Assembly (NCBI RefSeq): GCF_963676685.1
Contig: NC_092348.1
Location: forward strand, 8,556,001 to 8,620,000
DNA from: Mytilus edulis
Taxonomy: Eukaryota
DNA length: 64,000 nucleotides
Direction: 5' to 3'
The notes under the pieces are model-generated. The model was not told the origin of the DNA, ran no database searches, and saw nothing but the letters and a program-made list of their open reading frames with translations. A program made the translations under genes and the position numbers. Of the stretch, positions 52,201-64,000 are shown piece after piece. Positions within the stretch are counted from its first letter, which is position 1. Every line of letters starts with the position of its first letter.

Positions 52201-54128
52201 TAATGAGACAATGAGGAAGCCTATAAGGAGGCTATGAGGAAGCCTAGAAGTGTTGATGTTGAATTGGTGTTGGAATGAATTTGTATGAAATTTGACAGTT
52301 TATCCCCAGAAATTCTTGGGGGATGAGTGAAATTTTTGAAACAACCAGTGATAAAATTTCATAAATGAAATCTATAAACCGTGCTGAGATTGATTCCCCT
52401 GTCATGGCAATATTGAAGGCGAAAGGAGGGGTCGGTGGGAGGCAAGCTGTTAGCTAAAACACTATCAGAGCCAATATTATTCTTATAACTGCTTAATCTG
52501 CATTTAAATAAATGAATACTCAAGGCAGCATACACAGGTTTTTAATACACAACTTCTTAATGGGATACTCCTAAGTGGGAGGAGTTAAAACTGCACCCAG
52601 ATTAATGTATCAAGAAACAAAGGACAAAGGAAGCCAAATGCCACAAGTGGTCACTAATTAACAAGACATGTATATTTGTATTAGAACTGATGTAAATAGA
52701 CCTCCTGCTAAGAACATGTGATAAACTTCACATCTAACTGATTGACATATGATAATAAATCTGTTTCATCTCAACAGCAAAGAAAATACACATCCTGGGA
52801 AAATCCTAAAATAATGACTACTGAGTAATTAAAATCAAACTATGTATAAACTTACTTATATAACATATAAGTACCTATTTACTAAATGAATAATTTAAAG
52901 GCTAGATGTGACAAGACAAAAGCAAGGTTTTTGTGCTAGACGGAAAGGTGTTGGTTCTAGTAGAACACCAGGGGACTGGAGTAGTTTTCTCTGTGAAGAT
53001 GACAACGAAACGAAGTTTTTCAAGTTTCTTACCGACATAATTGCTTCTTTAGAGACTACCCCTTGTAATCATGGAGAAGCAGATACACGAATGTTTGTCC
53101 ATGTTCGGCTTGCTTCCTGTACGTGACAAATCAAATGCGTTTGGTCCTCGTGTAGCTACTCTTCCTTGGATGTGATACTTTAATGGATTTTCGTGGGAAA
53201 GGAAATAGGTCAGTTTGGATGACATGGGAAGTATTTCCAGATGTAAGTTTTTCTTCGCTGAAGTATAAAGACACATACATGGACATCATAGAAGCATTTG
53301 TTTGCATCATGTGTGACAGAATAACATCAACATTTGCTGTTAACGAGGCGCGATGTGAATTGTTACCCAGGAAGCAGCGGCATTGTGATGCAGTTCCGCC
53401 TACAAGAGTTTTTTCTCGAAACACATTCAAAGAAAAGCATATCAAGGAGGACAAGTTTGGGCTATGCCTGATTTGTGTATTCGACAGGTACATATACCAA
53501 ATCATGAACACTTGGGTTTGCTGAAAGAAAAAAAAATCGTTGACAGTTGGAAACCAAAAAGGACTTCTTCGGCTGCCGTTGTATCATCCTGTCAGGAACT
53601 CTGAAATGCGAAAGCAAAAAATCCTGCTGTGTTGACAACTGTAAATGCTACCGTTCTGTCCTTCCTTGTACAGGTTTTTGTATTGGCTACTGTCAGATAA
53701 TTATAAGATAACCAACCTGTCTATCTAACAGAACTAGGCATGTTAACTTAACAAAGAATGTGATATCATTTGTTAAGTTGATGGAAATTATAAAAAAAAT
53801 ACATTTTCAAAATTTTTGCCGCCATTTTGGAACCGGAAGTCACTTTTTTTGTTATTTATGTGATGTTTTGTCGTAGTTTAGGAACTGTAATTTACGTTTT
53901 ATCAAAACTTACATTGGATTATACCTATAACACAACTTTCAAGGATTTTCGAAATGTAGCCAATTGGATATAACGCCATTTGCAAAATGATCGGTGGCCA
54001 TCTTGAAAAAAAAGAAATTTTTGATGGCCAGCACCTGATATTTTTTAATTATCATTTAGTCAACCTTCATGGCAAATTTCATGCTTGTATCACGATTTGC
54101 ACAATTATGTCCATACTATCTCCCACTA
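49217..54128 (+). mobile_element. Degraded Academ-like DNA transposon (~4.9 kb)
   Basis: TIR TAGTGGGAGATA/TATCTCCCACTA plus subterminal aattgtgcaaat..tgatacaagcatgaaa; TSD gtt. Broken coding relics FTVRKTSRYFS..IDQ, NNAIVKGD..VIGLTEDP, WMVAGQEV, CNHGEADTRMFVHV, VNEAR, VPPT and a C-terminal Cys-rich cluster at 53590-53695. Confidence 0.75.
52128..52246. repeat. Short degenerate tandem repeat (gaggctat/gaagcctat)
   Basis: Repeated atgaggctat and ggaagcctat units. Confidence 0.7.
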
Positions 54129-55311
54129 GTTGGACATGTACACCTTACAATCATTCCATACACCGAATATGCAAGACCTATTGCTTATAGTATCTGAGAT
54201 ATGGACTTGACCACCAAAACGTAACCTTGTTTAGTGATCCATGAAATGAGGTCGATGTCAAGTGAAAACTGTCTGACGGGCGTAAGGACCTTGCAAGGTA
54301 CGCACATACCAAATATAGTTACATTACTTATAATAAGACAGAATTTAACATTAAAAAAATGTTAACTTTTTCTTCAAGTAGTCACTGAACCATGAAAATG
54401 AGGTCAAGGATATTCGGCATGTGACTGACAGAAAGTTCGTAACATGAGGCATCTATATACAAAGTATGAAGCATCCAGGTCTTCCAACTTCTTAAATATA
54501 AAGCTTTTAAGAAGTTAGCTAACGCCACCGCCGCCACTGTAACCGCCGCCAGATCACCATCCCTATGTCGAGCTTTCTGCAACAAAAGTTGCAGGCTCGA
54601 CAAAAACTAATAGTTAAAAACACAAACGGGAAATTACATTTTGTTTGTCCTGTCGAATTGTATATTTCAAAGATATGGAATGACTTATCAACAACCATAG
54701 TTACTACTGAAATCTGGTAAAAATGACATCCCGGGAAAAATAGCAATTTTTGTTCCTGTTCCAGGCAAGAATTTAACGGTTCAGTGCTGACATGAACTTT
54801 CATGATGTGGTTATAATATGTAGAAGAACTGATCACAAAATATCAAGATAATAAGAATGACTAAGTTTTGCGCTGATAAAACCTTTAACAAGATTTAGGT
54901 TTTTTTTTTAACTTCCTGTCTTCAATACTCTCCAACTCTGTATTTTGTTTGGCCTTTAAACTGTGTTTTTTGTGAGTGCGACAGATAACACTTTCAAATA
55001 TATTTGATGACCAAAGAAACATAAAAAGATATGTAAAATACATCTTGATATGTCAAAATAACATACGGAGTATATTTTCACCTGGTTTTGGGATCTCATG
55101 CCAAACTGTATAAGCTTCGAATATTTACAGTCATATAACGGTTAGCTAGCTTACAAAACCGGGTTCAATCCATCATTTTCTACATAAGAAAATGCCTGTA
55201 TCAATGCAATGACGATGTAAAACTGATTTGTTAGAATTATGAAAGCAAATCCAGCAAGAGTGTGTGATTTTGATTTTTCAACTGTACCATGCAACAATTG
55301 GGACCAATGTC

Positions 55312-55558
55312 CACATTTTTGAGTGTGAAAGGAGTACAGAAAGACATTTGATTGGTCTTCAGTCCTCAGAAACACTTCCAGCAAAGCCATGTACACACTT
55401 TTTAGTGTGAAAGGAATACAGAAAGACATTTGATTTGTCTTAAGTCCTCAGAAACAATTCCAGAAAAGTCATGTACACATTTTTGAGTGTGAAAGGGGGT
55501 ACAGAAAGACATTTGATTGGTCTTAAGTCCTCAGAAAGAATTCCAGGAAAGACATTTG
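55312..55558. repeat. Tandem repeat, ~82-bp unit x 3
   Basis: cacattttt(g)agtgtgaaagg..tacagaaagacatttgatt.gtctt.agtcctcagaaa starting near 55312, 55394 and 55476. Confidence 0.9.
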
Positions 55559-57240
55559 AGAAACTTTAATGTTCCGAAGTGGGATGTTTACAATTGACAA
55601 AACATCGTTGGTCTTCAACATCTGTGAATCCCATCGGGCAGAACTTGTTTTTAATTGCAGATGAGGGAACGTACAGTGTACATATCCAGACCACAATGAT
55701 AGAAGTAAAGCCAAAGCAGACCGTGGTGCCAACCCAACTGTTTGTAAGAGGTGTGGTTAAAGACCAGATAGTTAATGCCAATTGGATCAAGGATAACTCT
55801 AGAATTTAACCATATATAAATGAAAATAGGAGAATTGTAATCCATTTTATTTTTGCCTTACTCACACATATGTCAACAAGATCTCTGTTTTATTTTTGTA
55901 GCCTACAAAAAAGGCTACACTATTTTTTTTAATGCATACATAAAAAAGTATTCAAATCATGCCTCACCATTTGTTTACCCATGTAACAAACACTGCAGTA
56001 TTTCTCTTTATCAAAATGAGTGTAAGTAGACTACATTTATAAAGATAGCTACATTGTGTTTATTTCATTTAGAATGGGCCATCAATGTCAAATCACCACA
56101 TGCATTTTCAACCAGAGATGTACATTAATATTGTACTAACATATATGTATATTTTGCATGTATTTGTAAACCAGAATATGTGTCCTGACTGAGTGACCCC
56201 ATAAGACATATCCCAATTTGCTATCAAATTTTCATGTTCTGTGAACCATGATTTTGTTTCTGAAATCATTACATGACTAGACCTTCCTTGTAGCAGAATG
56301 TGAAGATGATCTTATAACCTTGCTTCTGTTTGACTTTGCATGAACTTATCTGAGACAGGCACGTACTTAAAGACAATAGAAATTACTTCAATTTCCAATT
56401 ATTAACTTTAATTTTACAAAGCAACATCCATGCAGAAGTAATAAGTTAACAGAGCTGACTCTTGTATTTATAAATTAATTTTGTTCGAACTTCACATTGC
56501 TTTTACGATTGATGGCACGGAGCTCCCTTTTGTTTATAAATTTTAAGTTTGTCTTTCAAAAGTTACAGACTGGCATTGTCAGATAAAGGCAATTGGTGGA
56601 CATGTACTATAATTAAAGTTTGAAAGCTTTATTTACTTGATACTCTAAATATTTGTAGGAATTTGTAAACATAACAATCCGTTCTATAGAATGAATCATA
56701 GACAACTTATGTTTATGTTTTAAATCATTTTATGAGGAATGTACTTTTAGGTATTTCTTTCCATGCTTAATATATTTCTTCCACTTTGTATATGCTAAAT
56801 TTCTTTTAACATTGTCTACTGCTTCAATGGGATTTTCAACTTGTTTTCAATTCGTTTTTGGTATCAAGCAACAAATTATATATTTTTAGAAAACATGTAT
56901 GTGTTTTTTCCCCCGGAGAATTGACTCGCTTTATTCTATAGAACATAATTATTCAATCGTTTTGAAGATCTTTATAACAGATAATTTTAGATTTGAAAAC
57001 AACTATTTATTTTCCAGCTTGACATAACGATGAAGATATAAAAAAAAACTAAACTAGTTATTTTTTCGTTTGAATTGTTTTACATTTGTCATTTCGGGAC
57101 CTTTTATAGCTGACTATGTGGTATGGGCTTTGCTCATTGTTAAAGGCTTATAGTGACCTTTAGTTGTTAATTTCTGTGGTCTTTTTTTAACCTTGTGGAG
57201 AGTTGTCTCATTGGCAATGATATCACATCTTCGTTTTTTT

Positions 57241-57540
57241 TAAGGAATGACTGTAATATTTTTTCTGTCTATGAAGAAATAATATAAAAAAATTTGGTGC
57301 ACACTGAATAACGCGCGTAGCGTGTTATTTAACAGTGTGCACCACATTTTTTATGTTATTTTGAATAGACAGAAAAAATATTACAGTCATTTCTTATAAT
57401 TTAATTCTAAATTCCATTTTAAACCGTAGAAAACCATGAAAAAACGTTGATGACGTCACGGTCACATGACTAAATTATGTTTACGGGCTGATAACAAAAT
57501 AACGTCAGCCAATCAGTAGACGCGTTACATCTTAAATTAA
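57241..57540. mobile_element. Palindrome-containing non-autonomous element directly 3' of TLR D
   Basis: About 155-bp imperfect palindrome at 57241-57396, followed by TGACGTCA (57451-57458) and CCAATCAG. Confidence 0.7.
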
Positions 57541-57727
57541 ATCATATATATCAACTATATCAGAGCGTTTCCTTTAACCATTCTAAATTAGAAAGTCATT
57601 GACTATATTTGAATGCATAAATAACTTGATTAAACATGTATCAAAAACCTACTAATAGACCCTCATTCACACTAACATACTAGAACGTGCATTCAGTTAT
57701 ATGTACAAACAAATAATATCCATTTTG

Positions 57728-59587
57728 TTATTTGTTTTGACTTTTCTTGTGTCTAAATGATATTCCATATTTCAGTTTATCCCAAAATAACACATCTCCA
57801 ATCTTAAGATAGGTATGCGAATTGAGACAACTTTTCAAATCAGAATCAATATTATCTACAGTTATATTACCCTTCAACACAATTATTAAATGTCGACCTT
57901 TATCGTTTAAACTTTTCCTCAAAGCCGTTCTGAACTCCATCATACACCATTCACTCTTCAAGAAATCATTGGATATAAGTAAGATGGTGTGAAAGCTGGT
58001 TTCAACACTGTTGAATATGTTATCAGCTATAGTATTACCAACTATAAAATCTCTATGATGAAGACAGAGTCTGCATGCTCTCCCAGCGTCCTCTGACTCC
58101 AACTTTGGTAAAGCTGTATGTATAACCCAGTCAACATCTTTCTCGCTGTAAGCAATAAATGCATCATATTTTTTACCTTCGTGTGCGACATTTCTGAATT
58201 CACATGGTAAGTTTATATTGAGTCGAGTAAACAAAATTACTTTGATCATATTTCTGAAATATATTGTCAAAAAAGTTATGACGAACAATGTTATTATTAT
58301 GATGCCCATAACGACGACTGGAAAATTGATGACCGTTTCCTGATTACAGTTTAGTTCTGTCGACGACAGAGTTATCATCTGACGTCCACGGACTTTTGAG
58401 GGATTTTCACACTTAAGAGTTCTGAGGTAATCATAAGCTGTTGGCATAGTCTTTGTAGATAAATATTCCATTACTTCAATTATTCCACAATCACATAAGA
58501 AAGGATTTTCACTGAGGTCGACTTTAACAAACTCGTGAGTTGAGAACGAGTCTATCATACCTTTTGTTAATGAAGTAATATTATTACGCCTAATATCTAT
58601 TAATCCTACTGATTTTGTCTTTTTCACAGTCATTCCGTAATCTCGTATCATTGGAATAACTTTTATGTTATTATTGGAAAAGTCTATATATTCCATCACT
58701 GGGAATCGTAGTCGCCAGCCTTGTAATTTATAGATAGTGTCAAACATTCCGTTACCAGAAAAATTCAATATTTTAAGATTTTCTGCAACGTCTGTATGAA
58801 CAATCTTATTGACATCATTTTTTTCTAAATCTTTCATTCCACTGATTTCATAAACTTCAAGGTTGTTGTACAAACAGGTTCTCTTCTGAATGTTAAAATA
58901 ATGATTATATTGCTCGATTGCAGTTTCGAGGTCAAACATAAAATAGTTGTGCATATCTTCAATGTTCGCCGTTGTTCCCCTTAGAATAATAGAGAAAGCA
59001 TTTTCAGGTCCACATTCTGCAGCTCTTGTTATAGGCGAGTTAGCTTTTGACAATGAGTCGTATAATTCTCCAATCCTTAGAATAATAGTGACGTTGTCCA
59101 TTTGTAAATGTTTGATTGTGTCGGGAATGCTGTTTATTAACGAATTCTTGAAATCAGTTCTGTAATCTTTAATTCTACAGTCTTTGATGTAGATTCTATG
59201 TAGTTTGTCTGCTCTGAACGGCCAAGGAAAGTGAATGATACCATCTTTACAAATAACGGATAAGTCAAATCGGATATGTGACGATACATGATTCGTAAAA
59301 TTTCTAAATTCTGATAACTTTATACTGGAGTTACCCTCAACGATACACACAATATCAAAGTCAATGTGACCAGTTTGTGATATATTACATAGCCTACTCC
59401 AGTTCTCAAGGCTTTCAAACTCTTTCATAACATAAGAAAAATTGGTAAATGTATCTATGGACCTATTTGTCCGTTCTTCTGTTGCCACCAACTCAATACT
59501 TCTTCCTGTTGTAACGGAACAGATGTGTAATGCAAATCCAAGTCCAAGCAAGGGATAAATGTTTGAAATTGTGATATCATTTTTCAT
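57728..59587 (-). CDS. Toll-like receptor D (single exon, 619 aa), close paralog of TLR A
   Basis: Same architecture as A: LRRs, ENPFLCDC, TM VVVMGIIIITLFVITFLTIYF, TIR YDAFIAYSEKDVDW...HRDFIVG...SEWCMMEF...FWDKLK. Confidence 0.95.
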   Translation of the reverse strand: MKNDITISNIYPLLGLGFALHICSVTTGRSIELVATEERTNRSIDTFTNFSYVMKEFESLENWSRLCNISQTGHIDFDIVCIVEGNSSIKLSEFRNFTNHVSSHIRFDLSVICKDGIIHFPWPFRADKLHRIYIKDCRIKDYRTDFKNSLINSIPDTIKHLQMDNVTIILRIGELYDSLSKANSPITRAAECGPENAFSIILRGTTANIEDMHNYFMFDLETAIEQYNHYFNIQKRTCLYNNLEVYEISGMKDLEKNDVNKIVHTDVAENLKILNFSGNGMFDTIYKLQGWRLRFPVMEYIDFSNNNIKVIPMIRDYGMTVKKTKSVGLIDIRRNNITSLTKGMIDSFSTHEFVKVDLSENPFLCDCGIIEVMEYLSTKTMPTAYDYLRTLKCENPSKVRGRQMITLSSTELNCNQETVINFPVVVMGIIIITLFVITFLTIYFRNMIKVILFTRLNINLPCEFRNVAHEGKKYDAFIAYSEKDVDWVIHTALPKLESEDAGRACRLCLHHRDFIVGNTIADNIFNSVETSFHTILLISNDFLKSEWCMMEFRTALRKSLNDKGRHLIIVLKGNITVDNIDSDLKSCLNSHTYLKIGDVLFWDKLKYGISFRHKKSQNK

Positions 59588-60160
59588 TCTGAACCGTTTC
59601 CTTCAAATATATTAGATGGGATACCGGTTGTTATCTTCGTCCCTTTAAAATGAGCAAATATATTTATATAAAAAACTGAACGACTCTATTATTTTTTAAA
59701 CGAATAGAAAGCTTTAATCCGTCTGTTAAAGATACATAAAGTATATAAATAGTTCATAAAATAAGTATAATGACGATTTAAACAAAATTGGATACAATAA
59801 TAAATAAAAAGTTTACTGAACTGTACTAAAACCAATTACAATGACAGTCGTAAATGTTTTATCTGTAGTCGTTATGATAAATAGTTAACATTTAAATTAC
59901 ATTTGAAAACATTAAAATCTAACAAAATCAGAATTATCAAATCATCACGGATACTAGATTCTCATAGGACGAATTCTTTTTTGTATATCAAAGCTTTTAA
60001 AAATGTCCACATCACTAATTAAAAGCTTACTATGCAATAAAACCAACGTGTATTATTGGGATACAAAATATTGGTTACCGTCTGTATGAATATGTTTTGC
60101 TTTGGTATTATATTTAATATTTTTATAAGCACTTCATGTTAGCCTGATAAGAATTTAACA

Positions 60161-61462
60161 ATTTAACGGTATGGCAATTAGAGTTGTATATTTCAACAGT
60201 ATGAGACCGAGTGTTGTTTATTTTAACAGAATGAAAACTAATATTTTAACGGTATGACAACAAAAGTTGTAAACTTTAACTAAATGACAACAAGAGTTAT
60301 ATAGTGTAACGGTATGACAACAAGAATTGTATATTGTAACGGTATGACAACGAGAATTGTATATTGTAACGGTATGACAACAATAGTTGTATGTGTAACG
60401 GTATGACAACAAGACTTGTATATTAACACGGTATGACTATGAGAGTTGTATATTTAACGGTATGACAACAAGAGTTGTAACTTATAAATGTATGACAACA
60501 AGAGTTGTATATTGTAACAGTATGGCAACAAGAGTTGTATATTTTAACGGAGTGACAACAAGAGTTGTATATTGTAACGGTAAGACAACACGAGCTGTAT
60601 GTTGTAACGGTAAAGCAACAAAAGTTGTATATTTTAACGGTAGGAGAACAAGAGTTGTATATTTTAACGGTATGCCAACAAGATTTGTATACTTTGACGG
60701 TATGGCAACACAAGTTGTATTATTTAACGGTAAGGCAACAATAGTTGTATATTGTAACGGCATGACAACAAGAGTTTTATATTTTAACGGTGACAACTAG
60801 AGTTGTATATTGCAGCGGTATGACAACAAGAGTTGTATATTGTAACGGTACTTCAACGAGAGTTGTATATTGTAACGGTATGACAACAAGAGTTGTTTAT
60901 TTTAAAAGAGTCACAACACGAGTGATATATTTTAACGGTTTGACAACACGAGTGATATATTTTAACGGTATGACAACAAGAGTTGTATATTTAAACGGTA
61001 TGACAACAAGAGTTGTATATTGTTACGGTATGGCTAACCGCTTGTATATTAACACGGTATGACAATGAGAGTTGTATATTTAACACGGTATGACAACAAG
61101 AGTTGTTTCTTGTAATGGTATGGCAACACGGGTTGTTCACTATAATGGTATAATAACAAGAGTTGTATCGTGTAACGATAAAGCAACAAGAATTGTATAA
61201 TGTAATGGTATAACACCAAGAGTTGTATATTGTTATGGTATGGCCAAAATAGTTATTAGATATATACAGGTTATGAGTGCCAATGAGACAACTCTCCATC
61301 CTAGTCACAATTTATAGTAAAGTAAACCATTATAGTTCAAGGTACATGTTCACGGTATGACAAAAAGAGTTGTATATTGTAACGGTATTGCAACTAGAGT
61401 TGTATATTTTTACGATATGGCAACAAGAGTTATATATTTTAACATTGTTTATTCTAACGGTA
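60161..61462. repeat. Satellite, 30-bp unit (ggtatgacaacaagagttgtatattgtaac), roughly 40 diverged copies
   Basis: Tandem array at 60161-61257, interrupted by a repeat fragment at about 61258-61350, then resuming to about 61462. Confidence 0.95.
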
Positions 61463-63329
61463 TAGAAATTTCAAATGAAGAAGAGAGAAACATTCATAGG
61501 TCATCGTACAGCCATCAACATTACTAAAACCCTGTACATGAAAATAACGACCTAATTTATAAAAATCCATCAACGTATGACTTTGGTAAATAACAAACTA
61601 TTCAATTAAGTTGTAAATGTTTAGGCTCAATAGATCCATACAGAGCACGCACCACTAAAACTGGACAAAAATAAGAAAAAGCGCCGCTATAAGACATTTA
61701 CCATTTGCAGTTATTGTAAAATATAAATTAAAGCCAATAATATCGACATCGCCGATATGTGTAGCTGACTATTTTGAATTTAATATAAGCGGCCATCTCA
61801 GTACAATAATCTCTATCAGACGACAAGATTTTAATTTTGACATTAAAATTTCCCTCACCTTAGCAGCAATATATCATCTTCACCTGTATGTAGTATATAT
61901 ATTTCCCAACTCAATCGGTATTCAAGATCTTGCAGCTACTACACTGAGTTTATTAAACGTCACCAGTTTCTGAGCATAGAACTGATGAACCGGGGTGATG
62001 TCAAATAATGTCTTTTCCTTTTTATATTAAAAAAAAAGTAATTCGGAAGATACCAAGACCTTTGTTCGCTTGTAAAAAGTTGTCTCATTGGTAATCATAC
62101 CACATCTTCTTTTTATATAAATTTGTTAATAATTATCAACTTCATAAATAATACATGATGGTTTTGAAGTATGCATTATAGGTACTGACGTTGTTTGTCA
62201 TCAATGCGTTCACTTATGCATCAACAGAAACAATCAGCAATAATACTTAGGTCACTTAAATTTTCGCGACAGAAAATTGCGTTGCAGTCACGGACTATTT
62301 TGTTTGTACTGAACAATCAAAAGGTAGAACAAGTCTGAGTTCTCAGCAATGTCAGGTGAACGGTGCAATACAGGCGATGTTTTTTATTTTGATAGGAATG
62401 AGATCATTGCCTTTTTCTTCAAAAACCTATATAAAAACACACAGGAAGAAAGACAGACTGAGGTGATATTTGATTATTTTGATAAAACATGTGTATAAAA
62501 TTGAAAATGTTAATGTTGCATGTTATAAGAATTGTTCATATTCTTATTTTATATCGTCAAACATTAAGCAGGACAATCTGACTATATGATAAAAATAGAG
62601 TTAAATGAACAAATCTACAATAATAGTAGCCATTTCGTATCTAGGACAATTCAATGGACCATATTAGGCGTGGCTTTATAATTTGTTTTATAAATCGTTA
62701 ACAAAACAAACTTATAAGGAAATAGACGCAGTGAAAGAGAGTGAGTTCATATTACATCGTTCGCAAGTATGCTCGTGGGTTAATAGATTGGAAACTGCTA
62801 AGCTATGTTTTAAACTAATAATCTATACAAGCAAGTACATAACAGTCCGATTATGATATAAAACCTCGGCAGTTGAGTGAAGATAGCTAGAATTATATTC
62901 CTGAATGGTGGAAGAAGGCAATTTATCGATACTGAGTCTGCCAGTCATATTCACTTAATTATGGAAATATGAAAGAATCAAAATTGAAATTTGATACATA
63001 GCAACATAAGAACTCCTTATTTATTGGAAAACTTATAATATAAAATTATCCAATATCCAGAGTGGACTAATTTGTTTTGATGTGAAGAATCGTACCATGG
63101 ATATTGTATTCAATTTTCATTGTATTTTCATAAGTTAGATTGTTTTCTGATTGTTTTATACTTGTTTTCTTGAAAACAAGTTGTTTGTTGGTCTCTTTCT
63201 AATTTCTATCAGTTTGAATGTGCCTCTGGTATCTTTTGCCTCTCTTTTAATCGCTTTAAAAGCGGTCTTAATTTGCCTTATAATAATGACAATTTGGTAA
63301 TTCTACAAAAGAAGGATGCACTAGACCTT

Positions 63330-63610
63330 GATAAATGAACTATTATATAACATGATTTATAACACGATATTTATCCCGGATTTTGATACGGATGATTCCA
63401 AGAATTGTACCAGTATATGTATAATTAAACTAGTTGTTTGTGTACTTTATTTTAACATTTTGAGGATGATTTGAATTTTAACATAGTAGGAATGAAGATG
63501 CTAGTTAATTCGATGCGAGTTTTCGAATTAAGCAAGGTAGATTTAATCATTTAAGTTGCTAGTTTATTTGATAATTGTTTTGAAGCTTTTACATATTATA
63601 CTTTAAGCAT
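63330..63610 (+). promoter_or_regulatory. Paralog of the block upstream of TLR-like gene B
   Basis: Collinear with 36562-36830. Confidence 0.55.
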
Positions 63611-64000
63611 GTATATATCTTTTAATTGTAATACTTTATGGCAATTCGACTGAGACGATTCAAAGTATATGACAACTAATAACATTGAATAGAACACATA
63701 AGCTTCTCATTCCAATGTTATTATTCAGTGATGCTTGAAGCACAAATACCCAGGAACACGGGACCATAGACAAACGGCGCAGAGTTGACACCACATAATA
63801 CACGAGAAAGTTATGAAGAGCGAAATGTTTGAACGCTTCCAGAGACACGATTGAAATAAATGCATGCATTTTAACTTTTCAAAACCTCCATGGAGATATT
63901 ATAGCACAAGAGGGCCAAGTATATGTTTTACACATACTTAAAGTATATTGTATAAGAGAATGCATAGTAATGTTAATAACATTTTATTTTGAAAGAATAA

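Larger units (their letters stand above)
48763..54606 (+). mobile_element. Helentron/HINE-like element with internal tandem repeats, split by a nested transposon
   Basis: Repeated aaccatgaaaatgaggtcaagg units at 48877-49200 and 54240-54410; (gcc)n-like tract then terminal hairpin gtcgagctttctgcaacaaaagttgcaggctcgac at 54567-54601; the host sequence rejoins across 49216/54132. Confidence 0.7.

Noticed and set aside
55523-55845. Cluster of overlapping short ORFs
   Set aside because: No recognisable domain or splice context; probably a repeat fragment.
28821-59165. Antisense or off-frame ORFs overlapping the TLRs (28821, 29225, 37829, 38792, 58947)
   Set aside because: Shadow ORFs of the real coding sequences, with no recognisable motifs.
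60218-61308. Cys-rich repetitive ORFs (CCHTVTIYNS)n / (MTTRVVYCNG)n
   Set aside because: They are translations of the 30-bp satellite in several frames on both strands, broken by indels.

Overview
AT-rich, intron-containing animal genomic DNA; gene content and repeat types suggest a bivalve such as a mussel (inference). The left third holds two head-to-head housekeeping genes: BOP1 (minus, 11 coding exons traced by hand, 3' end outside the window) and an inositol monophosphatase IMPA1/2 (plus, 7 coding exons, 275 aa). From about 25 kb on is a birth-and-death cluster of single-exon Toll-like receptors. It has two intact short TIR-bearing TLRs (27711-29600 and 57728-59587, both minus), a divergently oriented paralog ending just after its transmembrane helix with no TIR (37593-38993, plus), a pseudogene whose TIR was deleted and patched with repeat-derived filler (46624-48048), and probable decayed long-LRR TLR relics. 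Duplicated non-coding blocks suggest that 'TIR-bearing TLR(-) / TIR-less TLR(+)' is duplicated as one module, with a second TIR-less-type gene predicted just past the right edge; this is the best candidate for an undescribed system. The rest is dense with MITEs, an Academ-like transposon nested in a Helentron-like element, Penelope-like fragments, long palindromes and minisatellites. All comparisons were made by eye; no searches were run.
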